Shown: positions 23,465 to 37,300 of the stretch, in pieces | How positions within the stretch are numbered: position 1 is the stretch's first letter | Layout: every line of letters begins with the position of its first letter | NCBI GenBank assembly: GCA_032718475.1 | Contig: JAUCBJ010004292.1 | Location: 22,804-86,803 of the forward strand | DNA from: Nemertoderma westbladi | Taxonomy: Eukaryota > Animalia > Xenacoelomorpha | Direction: 5' to 3' | Length of the DNA: 64,000 bases | Translations under genes and position numbers: made by a program | Notes under the pieces: model-generated | Database searches by the model: none | The model's input: only the letters and a program-made list of their open reading frames with translations | Told to the model about the DNA's origin: nothing

Positions 23465-26400
23465 GCCCCCCGGACTATTAACTCCCCAGACTATTAACCC
23501 CCCTGACTATTAACCCCCCGGACTATTAACCCCCCGGACTATTAACCCCCCGGACTATTAACCCCCCGGACTATTAACCCCCCGGACTATTAATCCCCCG
23601 GAATATTAACCCTCGGACTATTAACCCCCCGGACTATTAACCCCCCGGACTATTAACCCCCCGGACTATTAACCCCCCGGACTATTAACCCCCCGGACTA
23701 TTAACCCCCCGGACTATTAACCCCCCGGACTATTAACTCCCCAGACTATTAACCCCCCTGACTATTAACCCCCCTGACTATTAACCCCCCGGACTATTAA
23801 CCCCCCGGACTATTAACCCCCCGACTATTAACCCCCGGACTATTAACCCTCGGACTATTAACCCCCCGGACTATTAACCCTCGGACTATTAACCCCCCGG
23901 ACTATTAACTCCCCGGACTATTAACTCCCCGGACTATTAACCCCCCGGACTATTAACCCCCCGGACTATTAACCCCCCGGACTATTAATTAACCCCCCGG
24001 ACTATTACCCTCCGGACTATTAACCCCCCGGACTATTAATTAACCCCCCGGACTATTAACCCCCCGGACTATTAACCCCCCTGACTATTAACCCCCCGGA
24101 CTATTAACCCCCCGGACTATTAACCCCCCGGACTATTACCCCCCGGACTATTAACCCCCCGGACTATTAATTAACCCCCCGGACTATTACCCCCCGGACT
24201 ATTAACCCCCCGGACTATTAACCCCCCGGACTATTAACCCCCCGGACTATTAACCCCCCGGACTATTAACTCCCCAGACTATTAACCCCCCTGACTATTA
24301 ACCCCCCTGACTATTAACCCCCCGGACTATTAACCCCCCGGACTATTAACCCCCCGGACTATTAACCCCCCGGACTATTAACCCCCCGGACTATTAACCC
24401 CCCGGACTATTAACCCCCCGACTATTAACCCCCGGACTATTAACCCTCGGACTATTAACCCCCCGGACTATTAACCCTCGGACTATTAACCCCCCGGACT
24501 ATTAACTCCCCGGACTATTAACTCCCCGGACTATTAACCCCCCGGACTATTAACCCCCCGGACTATTAACCCCCCGGACTATTAATTAACCCCCCGGACT
24601 ATTACCCCCCGGACTATTAACCCCCCGGACTATTAATTAAACCCCCGGACTATTAACCCCCCGGACTATTAACCCCCCTGACTATTAACCCCCCGGACTA
24701 TTAACCCCCCGGACTATTAACCCCCCGGACTATTACCCCCCGGACTATTAACCCCCCGGACTATTAATTAACCCCCCGGACTATTACCCCCCGGACTATT
24801 AACCCCCCGGACTATTAATTAACCCCCCGGACTATTAACCCCCCGGACTATTAATTAACCCCCCGGACTATTAACCCCCCTGACTATTAACCTCCCTGAC
24901 TATTAACCCACCGGACTATTAACCCCCCGGCCTATTAACCCCTCGGACTATTAACCCCCCTGACTATTAACCCACCGGACTATTAACCCCCCGGACTATT
25001 AACCCCCCGGACTATTAACCCCCCGGACTATTAACCCCCCGGACTATTAACCCCCCGACTATTAACCCCCGGACTATTAACCCTCGGACTATTAACCCCC
25101 CGGACTATTAACCCTCGGACTATTAACCCCCCGGACTATTAACCCTCGGACTATTAACCCCCCGGACTATTAACTCCCCGGACTATTAACTCCCCGGACT
25201 ATTAACCCCCCGGACTATTAACCCCCCGGACTATTAACCCCCCGGACTATTAATTAACCCCCCGGACTATTACCCCCCGGACTATTAACCCCCCGGACTA
25301 TTAATTAACCCCCCGGACTATTAACCCCCCGGACTATTAACCCCCCTGACTATTAACCTCCCGGACTATTAACCCCCCGGACTATTAACCCCCCGGACTA
25401 TTACCCCCCGGACTATTAACCCCCCGGACTATTAATTAACCCCCCGGACTATTACCCCCCGGACTATTAACCCCCCGGACTATTAACCCCCCGGACTATT
25501 AACCCCCCGGACTATTAACCCCCCGGACTATTAACTCCCCAGACTATTAACCCCCCTGACTATTAACCCCCCTGACTATTAACCCCCCGGACTATTAACC
25601 CCCCGGACTATTAACCCCCCGGACTATTAACCCCCCGGACTATTAACCCCCCGGACTATTAACCCCCCGGACTATTAACCCCCCGACTATTAACCCCCGG
25701 ACTATTAACCCTCGGACTATTAACCCCCCGGACTATTAACCCTCGGACTATTAACCCCCCGGACTATTAACTCCCCGGACTATTAACTCCCCGGACTATT
25801 AACCCCCCGGACTATTAACCCCCCGGACTATTAATTAACCCCCCGGACTATTACCCCCCGGACTATTAACCCCCCGGACTATTAATTAAACCCCCGGACT
25901 ATTAACCCCCCGGACTATTAACCCCCCTGACTATTAACCCCCCGGACTATTAACCCCCCGGACTATTAACCCCCCGGACTATTACCCCCCGGACTATTAA
26001 CCCCCCGGACTATTAATTAACCCCCCGGACTATTACCCCCCGGACTATTAACCCCCCGGACTATTAATTAACCCCCCGGACTATTAACCCCCCGGACTAT
26101 TAATTAACCCCCCGGACTATTAACCCCCCTGACTATTAACCTCCCTGACTATTAACCCACCGGACTATTAACCCCCCGGCCTATTAACCCCTCGGACTAT
26201 TAACCCCCCTGACTATTAACCCACCGGACTATTAACCCCCCGGACTATTAACCCCCCGGACTATTAACCCCCCGGACTATTAACTCCCCGGACTATTACC
26301 CCCCGGACTATTAACCCCCCGGACTATTAATTAACCCCCCAGACTATTAACCCCCCTGACTATTAACCCCCCGGACTATTAACCCCCCGGACTATTAACC

Positions 26401-26970
26401 CCCCGGACTATTAACCCCCCGGACTATTAACCCCCCGGACTATTAACCCCCCGGACTATTAACCCCCCGGACTATTAACTCCCCGGACTATTACCCCCCG
26501 GACTATTAACCCCCCGGACTATTAATTAACCCCCCAGACTATTAACCCCCCTGACTATTAACCCCCCGGACTATTAACCCCCCGGACTATTAACCCCCCG
26601 GACTATTAACCCCCCGGACTATTAACTCCCCGGACTATTACCCCCCGGACTATTAACCCCCCGGACTATTAATTAACTCCCCGGACTATTAACCCCCCTG
26701 ACTATTAACCCCCCGGACTATTAACCCCCCGGACTATTAACCCCCCGGACTATTAACCCCCCGGACTATTAACCCCCCGGACTATTAACCCCCCGGACTA
26801 TTAACCCCCCGGACTATTAACCCCCCCGGACTATTAACCCCCCGGACTATTAACCCCCCGGACTATTAACCCCCCGGACTATTAACTCCCCGGACTATTA
26901 CCCCCCGGACTATTAACCCCCGGACTATTAACCCTCGGACTATTAACCCCCCGCCCGGACTATTGCCCCC
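23465..26970 (+). repeat. About 16-bp minisatellite (GGACTATTAACCCCCC)n, about 3.5 kb
   Basis: Direct tandem array of roughly 215 units with recurring variant blocks. Confidence 0.97.
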
Positions 26971-27359
26971 AAATAACACTTACCCACTAAACAATAAATT
27001 GGCCCCAAGGTGAATTGCAAAATAAATAAGGTCGTTCTTAACTAGCAAGTTACTCAAGTTCCTTTCATGTTACAACATTAAACAATAATTTTATATAGCT
27101 GAGTCAGTTTTATATTTAATAAAACATCCATGTTTGCTTGTATGCGCTCAATAATTCCGATGTTTTCCAACTTAAGTATTTCAATACAATAAAAATAAAA
27201 TGTTAACTCGCTGAAGCCATTAAAGTATGATGTAATAAAAACTATAGCAGCTGGATAGGATAGGATAGCAGCATAGGATAAATCAAATTGTTCTAGAAAT
27301 GAATCGTGGATATTTGGAATAACATATAATAATAATAATAATTATTATTATTTGTTATT

Positions 27360-27975
27360 ATTGTCCGGGGGTCGCAGTTGTCCGGGGGCCGCAGTTGTCC
27401 GGGGGCCGCAGTTGTCCGGGGGCCGCAGTTGTCCGGGGGCCGCAGTTGTCCGGGGGTCAGTTGTCCGGGGGCCGCAGTTGTCCGGGGGCCGCAGTTGTCC
27501 GGGGGCCGCAGTTGTCCGGGGGCCAGTTGTCCTGGGGCCGCAGTTGTCCGGGGGCCGCAGTTGTCCGGGGGCCGCAGTTGTCCGGGGGTCAGTTGTCCGG
27601 GGGCCGCAGTTGTCCGGGGGTCAGTTGTCCGGGGGCCGCAGTTGTCCGGGGGCCGCAGTTGTCCGGGGGCCAGTTGTCCTGGGGCCGCAGTTTTCCGGGG
27701 GCCGCAGTTGTCCGGGGGCCGCAGTTGTCCGGGGGCCAGTTGTCCGGGGGCCGCAGTTGTCCGGGGGCCAGTTGTCCGGGGGCCGCAGTTGTCCGGGGGC
27801 CGCAGTTGTCCGGGGGCCGCAGTTTTCCGGGGGCCAGTTGTCCGGGGGCCGCAGTTGTCCGGGGGCCGCAGTTGTCCGGGGGCCGCAGTTGTCCGGGGGC
27901 CGCAGTTGTCCGGGGGCCAGTTGTCCGGGGGCCGCAGTTGTCCGGGGGCCACAATTGTCCGGGGGCCAGTTGTCC
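27360..27975 (+). repeat. 15/17-bp minisatellite (TTGTCCGGGGGCC[GC]AG)n
   Basis: Direct tandem array. It accounts for the repetitive ORFs in all frames here. Confidence 0.97.
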
Positions 27976-28129
27976 AAGTTCCGGTCTACCGTTAGATCTT
28001 TATTTAACATTAATTATTGTATAATAGTGAAACAGAGACCAAATACAGCACAAGCACGATGCTTTTAAATAACAACATGAGATCGTATTAATCGTTAGGC
28101 GTTCCCAATGTAGCTGACATAGAAGAGAA

Positions 28130-28795
28130 GATGAGTCAAACAATAAAATAGTTTCAATGATTCCTGCTGTTCGCGTCGTCCTGCAATGATTCCTGCTGTT
28201 CGCGTCGTCCTGTATCTACATGAGTCAAACAATAAAATAGTTTCAATGATTCCTGCTGTTCGCGTCGTCCTGTATCTACTGTTTTTTCTACTTTAATGAT
28301 TCCTGCTGTTCGCGTCGTCCTGTATCTACTGTTTTTTCTACTTTAATGATTCCTGCTGTTCGCGTCGTCCTGTATCTACTGTTTTTTCTACTTTAATGAT
28401 TCCTGCTGTTCGCGTCGTCCTGTATCTACTGTTTTTTCTACTTTAATGATTCCTGCTGTTCGCGTCGTCCTGTATCTACTGTTTTTTCTACTTTAATGAT
28501 TCCTGCTGTTCGCGTCGTCCTGTATCTACTGTTTTTTCTACTTTAATGATTCCTGCTGTTCGCGTCGTCCTGTATCTACTGTTTTTTCTACTTTAATGAT
28601 TCCTGCTGTTCGCGTCGTCCTGTATCTACTGTTTTTTCTACTTTAATGATTCCTGCTGTTCGCGTCGTCCTGTATCTACTGTTTTTTCTACTTTAATGAT
28701 TCCTGCTGTTCGCGTCGTCCTGTATCTACTGTTTTTTCTACTTTAATGATTCCTGCTGTTCGCGTCGTCCTGTATCTACTGTTTTTTCTACTTTT
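28130..28795 (+). repeat. 50-bp tandem repeat, about 11 full copies plus partial copies
   Basis: AATGATTCCTGCTGTTCGCGTCGTCCTGTATCTACTGTTTTTTCTACTTT with period 50 (28295, 28345, ...). Confidence 0.95.
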
Positions 28796-29142
28796 AATAG
28801 AATGATATGGTTATGCTATATACTATGGTTAATTGGATTTTTAGCCTATTGCATCTGCTGTAATCTTTATCCTTATTTATTTTATTTATATAAATCCCAT
28901 TCAATCGTATTTAATATTTATTAAATATTCAAATATTTATTAGGTAACTAGAGAGCCGCTTAACTACATAAACCAATATTGGATATTGAGTTCCGTTTTG
29001 TAGTTCGCCTTACAGACACTAAAGTTGCAATAACTAATGGGCGGAAAAAAGTAAAATATCATTATTATATAGGAGGAGTATTATATATACGATAAAAAAA
29101 AGTAAAATATCATTATTATATAGGAGTATTATATATACGATA

Positions 29143-29371
29143 AAAAAAAGTAAGCGGAAAACACCGCTTTTTTCATTCATTTTCAATTTAGCGAAATTCA
29201 ACTATTCTGTCCGAGTGGTTGAGTTTTACACGAGTTAGCAGGTTTTTAGCACGAGCGAAGCGAGTGTTAATATGCCAACGAGTGGAAAACTCAACACACG
29301 AGGGCAGAATAACTGAATTTTGCTAAAAGTAAATGTGTGGAAAAAAGCGGTGTTTTCCGCTTACCTTTTTT
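29143..29371. mobile_element. Palindromic (foldback) MITE-like element
   Basis: GTAAGCGGAAAACACCGCTTTTTTC / GAAAAAAGCGGTGTTTTCCGCTTAC, with further nested inverted segments around a CACGAGCGAAGCGAGTG centre. Confidence 0.75.
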
Positions 29372-29704
29372 ATGTCAAATTTATATTGTTTTATTTGAAA
29401 AAAAAAATCAGTTAAAAAAATTAATTTAAAATTTTTTCAGAAAAAAATTATTTAAAAAAAGACATTTTTGTTAACGAATTTTCTGAAACTTTGTGAAAAA
29501 AAATAGATTATTTAATTCAATTTAAAAAATATTGGTAAGAAAAAGAGCATTTTTCAAATAAAATATCATATAAAATATCATCATATCAAAATAAAATATT
29601 GAGGGTGGAATTTCTTAAATTTTATTACAGTTGAAAAGAGCATCGAAGTAGAAAAGGTTTGCCAATAATTTGAGCAAAATCCATGACATACAGGCAGATT
29701 GACA

Positions 29705-30735
29705 GGCATACAGATTACAGACAGACGGACCGACAGGTATACCGATTACAGACAGACGGACCGACAGGTATACCGATTACAGACAGACGGACCGACAGGT
29801 ATACCGATTACAGACAGACGGACCGACAGGTATACAGATTACAGACAGACGGACCGACAGTTATACCGATTACAGACAGACGGACCGACAGGTATACCGA
29901 TTACAGACAGACGGACCGACAGGTATACCGATTACAGACAGACGGACCGACAGGTATACCGATTACAGACAGACGGACCGACAGGTATACAGATTACAGA
30001 CAGACGGACCGACAGGTATACCGATTACAGACAGACGGACCGACAGGTATACCGATTACAGACAGACGGACCGACAGGTATACCGATTACAGACAGACGG
30101 ACCGACAGGTATACCGATTACAGACAGACGGACCGACAGGTATACCGATTACAGACAGACGGACCGACAGGTATACAGATTACAGACAGACGGACCGACA
30201 GGTATACCGATTACAGACAGGCGGACCGACAGGTATACCGATTACAGACAGACGGACCGACAGGTATACCGATTACAGACAGACGGACCGACAGGTATAC
30301 CGATTACAGACAGACGGACCGACAGGTATACCGATTACAGACAGACGGACCGACAGGTATACAGATTACACACAGACGGACCGACAGGTATACCGATTAC
30401 AGACAGACGGACCGACAGGTATACCGATTACAGACAGACGGACCGACAGGTATACCGATTACAGACAGACGGACCGACATGTATACCGATTACAGACAGA
30501 CGGACCGACAGGTATACCGATTACAGACAGACGGACCGACAGGTATACCGATTACAGACAGACGGACCGACAGGTATACCGATTACAGACAGACGGACCG
30601 ACAGGTATACCGATTACAGACAGACGGACCGACAGGTATACCGATTACAGACAGACGGACCGACAGGTATACCGATTACAGACAGACGGACCGACAGGTA
30701 TACCGATTACAGACAGACGGACCGACAGGCATACA
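29705..30735 (+). repeat. 31-bp minisatellite (GATTACAGACAGACGGACCGACAGGTATACC)n, about 33 copies
   Basis: Direct tandem array. It is probably the expanded GACA-type microsatellite end of a HINE-like element starting near 28946 (AACTAGAGAG). Confidence 0.95.
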
Positions 30736-30847
30736 TACAGATACCGCCACCGCGCCATGAAATTGATAAACTGACAACGGCAATTAAATCACCGAAAATT
30801 AAATATATATATATAAATATAAATATTTTTGGGTTTCTTTACTTTAG

Positions 30848-31065
30848 GTCTAACAATGTCTAAGATAAACAGGGACAACTGTTCAATCTGCGACAAGGAC
30901 TCATCGTGGTTGAGACAGAATCCCAGCCAATCACCGGCCATGTGTAGAGTTCTACTGCGGCTCGAAAAATGTGTGGAAGACCTCGAGAAAACAGAATGCC
31001 GCGCCAATCTGCAGCTACAACAGATGAAGACCTTCACTCGGGTCATTCGTTCTCACACGTTGAAG
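30848..31065 (+). CDS. RGM: RGM-family gene, coding exon 2 (N-terminal helical domain)
   Basis: Acceptor TTTCTTTACTTTAG and donor AAG|GTAAAT. Encodes ..CSIC..MCRVLLRLEKCVEDLEKTECRANL..TLK, matching the RGM cysteine pattern C..L....C......CRGDL. Confidence 0.85.
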
Positions 31066-31290
31066 GTAAATTAATAATGTAACTCACAGACCCCTAATCG
31101 ACATTTAATGGGAACATAAAGTTGTAAGAGTTACCGGTATAATAAAATATTACGCTGATATATTGTAACAAACTATATAATGATTGGGAGACTATATATA
31201 TATGATATATATATATATGTGTATGTATATGTAACAAACTATATAATACTTATATGATGTAGTTTATTACTGTTACTTAATGTATTCTAG

Positions 31291-31548
31291 AACTGTACTA
31301 GGAAGGCGGACACATCGGTATCTTCCATTGTCTCTACCACACCGGCTCCCAACAGATGTAATCTGTTCTACGATTCTCGCTCCGCCGGTAAATCCTTCTG
31401 CATGGTTTTTGGTGATCCACATCTAATACCTTTTGTTGGAGAGCCGACCACCTGTCTCGTAAAGGGAGCTCGACCTCTTGTTAGAAACAATTACCTCTCG
31501 GTGCAGCTACTCAATGTTGAGTTGGGTGGAGGTACAGTGACGTCAGAG
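31291..31548 (+). CDS. RGM: RGM-family gene, coding exon 3 (GDPH cleavage site, partial vWD)
   Basis: Acceptor TATTCTAG. Encodes NCT..CMVFGDPHLIPF..TCLVKGARPLVRNNYLSVQLLN..TVTSE, compared with RGM FGDPHLRTF..TCKVQGAWPLIDNNYL.VQVTN. Donor GAG|GTTAGT. Confidence 0.95.
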
Positions 31549-34272
31549 GTTAGTAACTCAGTTAATATGAACATCTACTCAATGTGGTAGAGTTGGGTGG
31601 TGGTACAGTGACGTCAGAGGTCAGTAACTCCGTTAATATGAACAGCTACTCAATGTGGTAGAGGTGGGTGGTGGGACAGTGACGTCAGAGGTTAGTAACT
31701 CAGTTAATATGAACAGCTACTCAATGTGGAGTTGGGTGGTGGTACAGTGACGTCAGAGGTTAGTAACTCAGTTAATATGAACATCTACTCAATGTGGAGT
31801 TGGGTGGAGGTACAGTGACGTCAGAGGTTAGTAACTCCGTTAATATGAACAGCTACTCAATGTGGAGTTGGGTGGTGGTACAGTGACGTCAGAGGTTAGT
31901 AACTCAGTTAATATGAACAGCTACTCAATGTGGAGTTGGGTGGTGGTACAGTGACGTCAGAGGTTAGTAACTCAGTTAATATGAACAGCTACTCAATGTG
32001 GTAGAGTTGGGTGGTGGTACAGTGACGTCAGAGGTTAGTAACTCCGTTAATATGAACAGCTACTCAATGTGGTAGAGTTGGGTGGTGGTACAGTGACGTC
32101 AGAGGTTAGTAACTCAGTTAATATGAACAGCTACTCAATGTGGTAGAGTTGGGTGGTGGTACAGTGACGTCAGAGGTTAGTAACTCCGTTAATATGAACA
32201 GCTACTCAATGTGGTAGAGTTGGGTGGAGGTACAGTGACGTCAGAGGTTAGTAACTCCGTTAATATGAACAGCTACTCAATGTGGAGTTGGGTGGTGGTA
32301 CAGTGACGTCAGAGGTTAGTAACTCAGTTAATATGAACAGCTACTCAATGTGGAGTTGGGTGGTGGTACAGTGACGTCAGAGGTTAGTAACTCAGTTAAT
32401 ATGAACAGCTACTCAATGTGGTAGAGTTGGGTGGTGGTACAGTGACGTCAGAGGTTAGTAACTCCGTTAATATGAACAGCTACTCAATGTGGTAGAGTTG
32501 GGTGGTGGTACAGTGACGTCAGAGGTTAGTAACTCCGTTAATATGAACAGCTACTCAATGTGGAGTTGGGTGGTGGTACAGTGACGTCAGAGGTTAGTAA
32601 CTCAGTTAATATGAACATCTACTCAATGTGGTAGAGTTGGGTGGTGGTACAGTGACGTCAGAGGTTAGTAACTCAGTTAATATGAACAGCTACTCAATGT
32701 GGTAGGTTGGGTGGAGGTACAGTGACGTCAGAGGTTAGTAACTCAGTTAATATGAACAGCTACTCAATGTTGAGTTGGGTGGAGGTACAGTGACGTCAGA
32801 GGTTAGTAACTCAGTTAATATGAACAGCTACTCAATGTGGAGTTGGGTGGTGGTACAGTGACGTCAGAGGTTAGTAACTCAGTTAATATGAACATCTACT
32901 CAATGTGGTAGAGTTGGGTGGTGGTACAGTGACGTCAGAGGTTAGTAACTCAGTTAATATGAACAGCTACTCAATGTGGAGTTGGGTGGTGGTACAGTGA
33001 CGTCAGAGGTTAGTAACTCAGTTAATATGAACAGCTACTCAATGTGGTAGAGTTGGGTGGTGGTACAGTGACGTCAGAGGTTAGTAACTCAGTTAATATG
33101 AACAGCTACTCAATGTGGAGTTGGGTGGTGGTACAGTGACGTCAGAGGTTAGTAACTCAGTTAATATGAACAGCTACTCAATGTGGAGTTGGGTGGTGGT
33201 ACAGTGACGTCAGAGGTTAGTAACTCAGTTAATATGAACAGCTACTCAATGTGGAGTTGGGTGGAGGTACAGTGACGTCAGAGGTTAGTAACTCAGTTAA
33301 TATGAACATCTACTCAATGTGGTAGAGTTGGGTGGTGGTACAGTGACGTCAGAGGTTAGTAACTCAGTTAATATGAACAGCTACTCAATGTGGAGTTGGG
33401 TGGTGGTACAGTGACGTCAGAGGTTAGTAACTCAGTTAATATGAACAGCTACTCAATGTGGTAGAGTTGGGTGGTGGTACAGTGACGTCAGAGGTTAGTA
33501 ACTCCGTTAATATGAACAGCTACTCAATGTGGTAGAGTTGGGTGGTGGTACAGTGACGTCAGAGGTTAGTAACTCAGTTAATATGAACAGCTACTCAATG
33601 TGGTAGAGTTGGGTGGAGGTACAGTGACGTCAGAGGTTAGTAACTCAGTTAATATGAACATCTACTCAATGTGGAGTTGGGTGGTGGTACAGTGACGTCA
33701 GAGGTTATTAACTCAGTTAATATGAACATCTACTCACTGTGGTAGAGTTGGGTGGAGGTACAGTGACGTCAGAGGTTAGTAACTCAGTTAATATGAACAT
33801 CTACTCAATGTGGTAGAGTTGGGTGGAGGTACAGTGACGTCAGAGGTTAGTAACTCAGTTAATATGAACAGCTACTCAATGTGGTAGAGTTGGGTGGTGG
33901 TACAGTGACGTCAGAGGTTAGTAACTCAGTTAATATGAACATCTACTCAATGTGGAGTTGGGTGGTGGTACAGTGACGTCAGAGGTTAGTAACTCAGTTA
34001 ATATGAACATCTACTCAATGTGGAGTTGGGTGGTGGTACAGTGACGTCAGAGGTTAGTAACTCAGTTAATATGAACAGCTACTCAATGTGGAGTTGGGTG
34101 GTGGTACAGTGACGTCAGAGGTTAGTAACTCAGTTAATATGAACAGCTACTCAATGTGGAGTTGGGTGGTGGTACAGTGACGTCAGAGGTTAGTAACTCA
34201 GTTAATATGAACAGCTACTCAATGTGGAGTTGGGTGGTGGTACAGTGACGTCAGAGGTTAGTAACTCAGTTA

Positions 34273-34310
<38 letters not shown>

Positions 34311-37300
34311 CCAGGCCTGGAGGCCCATAATTAACATAAATTACAAATTACAATAATATAATTATTAGATCACAGCACAATTTAATAGTAAAATATACGT
34401 ATAATGAATAGAGTCTATTTCAAAGTTCTAAAAATCCATATTTATCATTTCCCGTATTCTGCTTGAAGGGGCTGTCACTTCCGATATTGTTTGCACTAAA
34501 ATATTTGTAGAACTTTCGATGCGTGACCATAGTGATCGAATCGCGTTATACCGTACGTGAATGAATTTGCACAAGTTAAGCTCGCCAAACATTAGCGATA
34601 CACTGCAGTCATATTTATACCCAAATAATTTCCAGCTATATTGTTATAACCCACTCTAAATTTGTTGTATAATCTTGCGTCAAAATTGCGGCGAGCCCAT
34701 AATGAGTTACAATAGAATTGTGAACAGAAAGCTAAAAATAGTTTCCGTTTTACATTAATCGAGCAGACACCAAATTTCCTAATTAACATATTGCCACGTC
34801 TATAAAGTGCATGTAACTGATTGATAATGTCATGCCCGTCATCTGTGGAAGCATGAATAATATGGCCTAGATACTTAAATTGATCTACTTGTTCTAACAT
34901 AACACCATTTATATTAAATTTTGTTGTTACAATAGTTGTATTCGATTTCGGCACAAAACACATTAATTTGGACTTTTTCACGTTAATCTTGATTGAATGT
35001 AATTTTGTATAGTCCTCAAATATACGTAATAGCTTATTCATGCCATATGCGGAGTTTGATAACACCGTGAGATCGTCCGCATACATGCAATGGTTCGCCC
35101 TATGATTACCAATTTGACAACCTACATTGGTAGCATCAAATTCTAAGCTTAAATCATATAAATAAACATTATAAAATAAAGGGGAAAGAATTCCACCCTG
35201 TTTAGTACCATTAGTAACAAAAAATGGGATGGAATGGAAACCCCCCCCCATCTCACGCTTATACACTGAAAACGATACCAATAAACCATAACACGAACTA
35301 AATACAACGGCACTTTCCGTTCAATCAATTTACTAAAAAGTTTATAATGATTTACGAGGTCAAAAGCCTTGGATGAGTCTAAAAAGCACACATATATAGG
35401 GCTGTCATTATCTAGGTAAAATTTTATAATTTCCTTTAGAGTGTATATGGCTAGCTCCGTGCCCAACTCCTTTTTAAAACCGAATTGTGAGTCCGTTGTG
35501 TATAGGTAATCTGATATTTTATCTAAATATACATGCTCCAGCAATTTGCTAGATATAGTGGAAAGAATAATTCCACGATAATTATCGCCGTCCGTGATGT
35601 CGCCATTTCTATCTTTAACTAACGGTATCAAATCAGAAACTATACACTCTGGAGGCATTGAACCATGAATATTAATAAACGTATAAATATTTGCTAAATG
35701 TACGGTCAAATTATGAACAAGTCAAAATATGAACAGCTACTCAATGTGGTAGAGTTGGGTGGTGGTGCAGTGACGTCAGAGGTCAGTAACTCCGTTAATA
35801 TGAACATCTACTCAATGTGGTAGAGGTGGGTGGAGGTACAGTGACGTCAGAGGTTAGTAACTCAGTTAATATGAACAGCTACTCAATGTGGTAGAGTTGG
35901 GTGGAGGTACAGTGACGTCAGAGGTTAGTAACTCAGTTAATATGAACAGCTACTCAATGTGGAGTTGGGTGGTGGTACAGTGACGTCAGAGGTTAGTAAC
36001 TCAGTTAATATGAACAGCTACTCAATGTGGTAGAGTTGGGTGGAGGTACAGTGACGTCAGAGGTTAGTAACTCAGTTAATATGAACAGCTACTCAATGTG
36101 GAGTTGGGTGGTGGTACAGTGACGTCAGAGGTTAGTAACTCAGTTAATATGAACAGCTACTCAATGTGGTAGAGTTGGGTGGTGGTGCAGTGACGTCAGA
36201 GGTTAGTAACTCAGTTAATATGAACATCTACTCAATGTGGAGTTGGGTGGAGGTACAGTGACGTCAGAGGTTAGTAACTCCGTTAATATGAACAGCTACT
36301 CAATGTGGAGTTGGGTGGTGGTACAGTGACGTCAGAGGTTAGTAACTCAGTTAATATGAACAGCTACTCAATGTGGTAGAGTTGGGTGGTGGTACAGTGA
36401 CGTCAGAGGTTAGTAACTCAGTTAATATGAACAGCTACTCAATGTGGAGTTGGGTGGTGGTACAGTGACGTCAGAGGTTAGTAACTCAGTTAATATGAAC
36501 AGCTACTCAATGTGGTAGAGTTGGGTGGTGGTACAGTGACGTCAGAGGTTAGTAACTCAGTTAATATGAACAGCTACTCAATGTGGTAGAGTTGGGTGGT
36601 GGTACAGTGACGTCAGAGGTTAGTAACTCCGTTAATATGAACAGCTACTCAATGTTGAGTTGGGTGGAGGTACAGTGACGTCAGAGGTTAGTAACTCAGT
36701 TAATATGCACAGCTACTCAATGTGGTAGAGTTGGGTGGTGGTACAGTGACGTCAGAGGTTAGTAACTCAGTTAATATGAACAGCTACTCAATGTGGTAGA
36801 GTTGGGTGGAGGTACAGTGACGTCAGAGGTTAGTAACTCAGTTAATATGAACAGCTACTCAATGTGGTAGAGTTGGGTGGTGGTACAGTGACGTCAGAGG
36901 TTAGTAACTCCGTTAATATGAACAGCTACTCAATGTTGAGTTGGGTGGAGGTACAGTGACGTCAGAGGTTAGTAACTCAGTTAATATGCACAGCTACTCA
37001 ATGTGGTAGAGTTGGGTGGTGGTACAGTGACGTCAGAGGTTAGTAACTCAGTTAATATGAACAGCTACTCAATGTGGTAGAGTTGGGTGGAGGTACAGTG
37101 ACGTCAGAGGTTAGTAACTCAGTTAATATGAACAGCTATTCAATGTGGTAGAGTTGGGTGGAGGTACAGTGACGTCAGAGGTTAGTAACTCCGTTAATAT
37201 GAACAGCTACTCAATGTGGTAGAGTTGGGTGGAGGTACAGTGACGTCAGAGGTTAGTAACTCAGTTAATATGAACAGCTACTCAATGTGGTAGAGTTGGG

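Noticed and set aside
23465-26970. Telomere-like TTAACCC motif
   Set aside because: The unit is 16 bp with GGAC, interstitial and intronic, and is not (TTAGGG)n or (TTAGG)n.
27293-28068. Several 120-240 aa ORFs on both strands
   Set aside because: They are translations of a stop-free 15/17-bp minisatellite inside an intron.
29683-30774. 363-aa and 353-aa repetitive ORFs
   Set aside because: A 31-bp unit with no + strand stop codon keeps all frames open, and there is no coding evidence.
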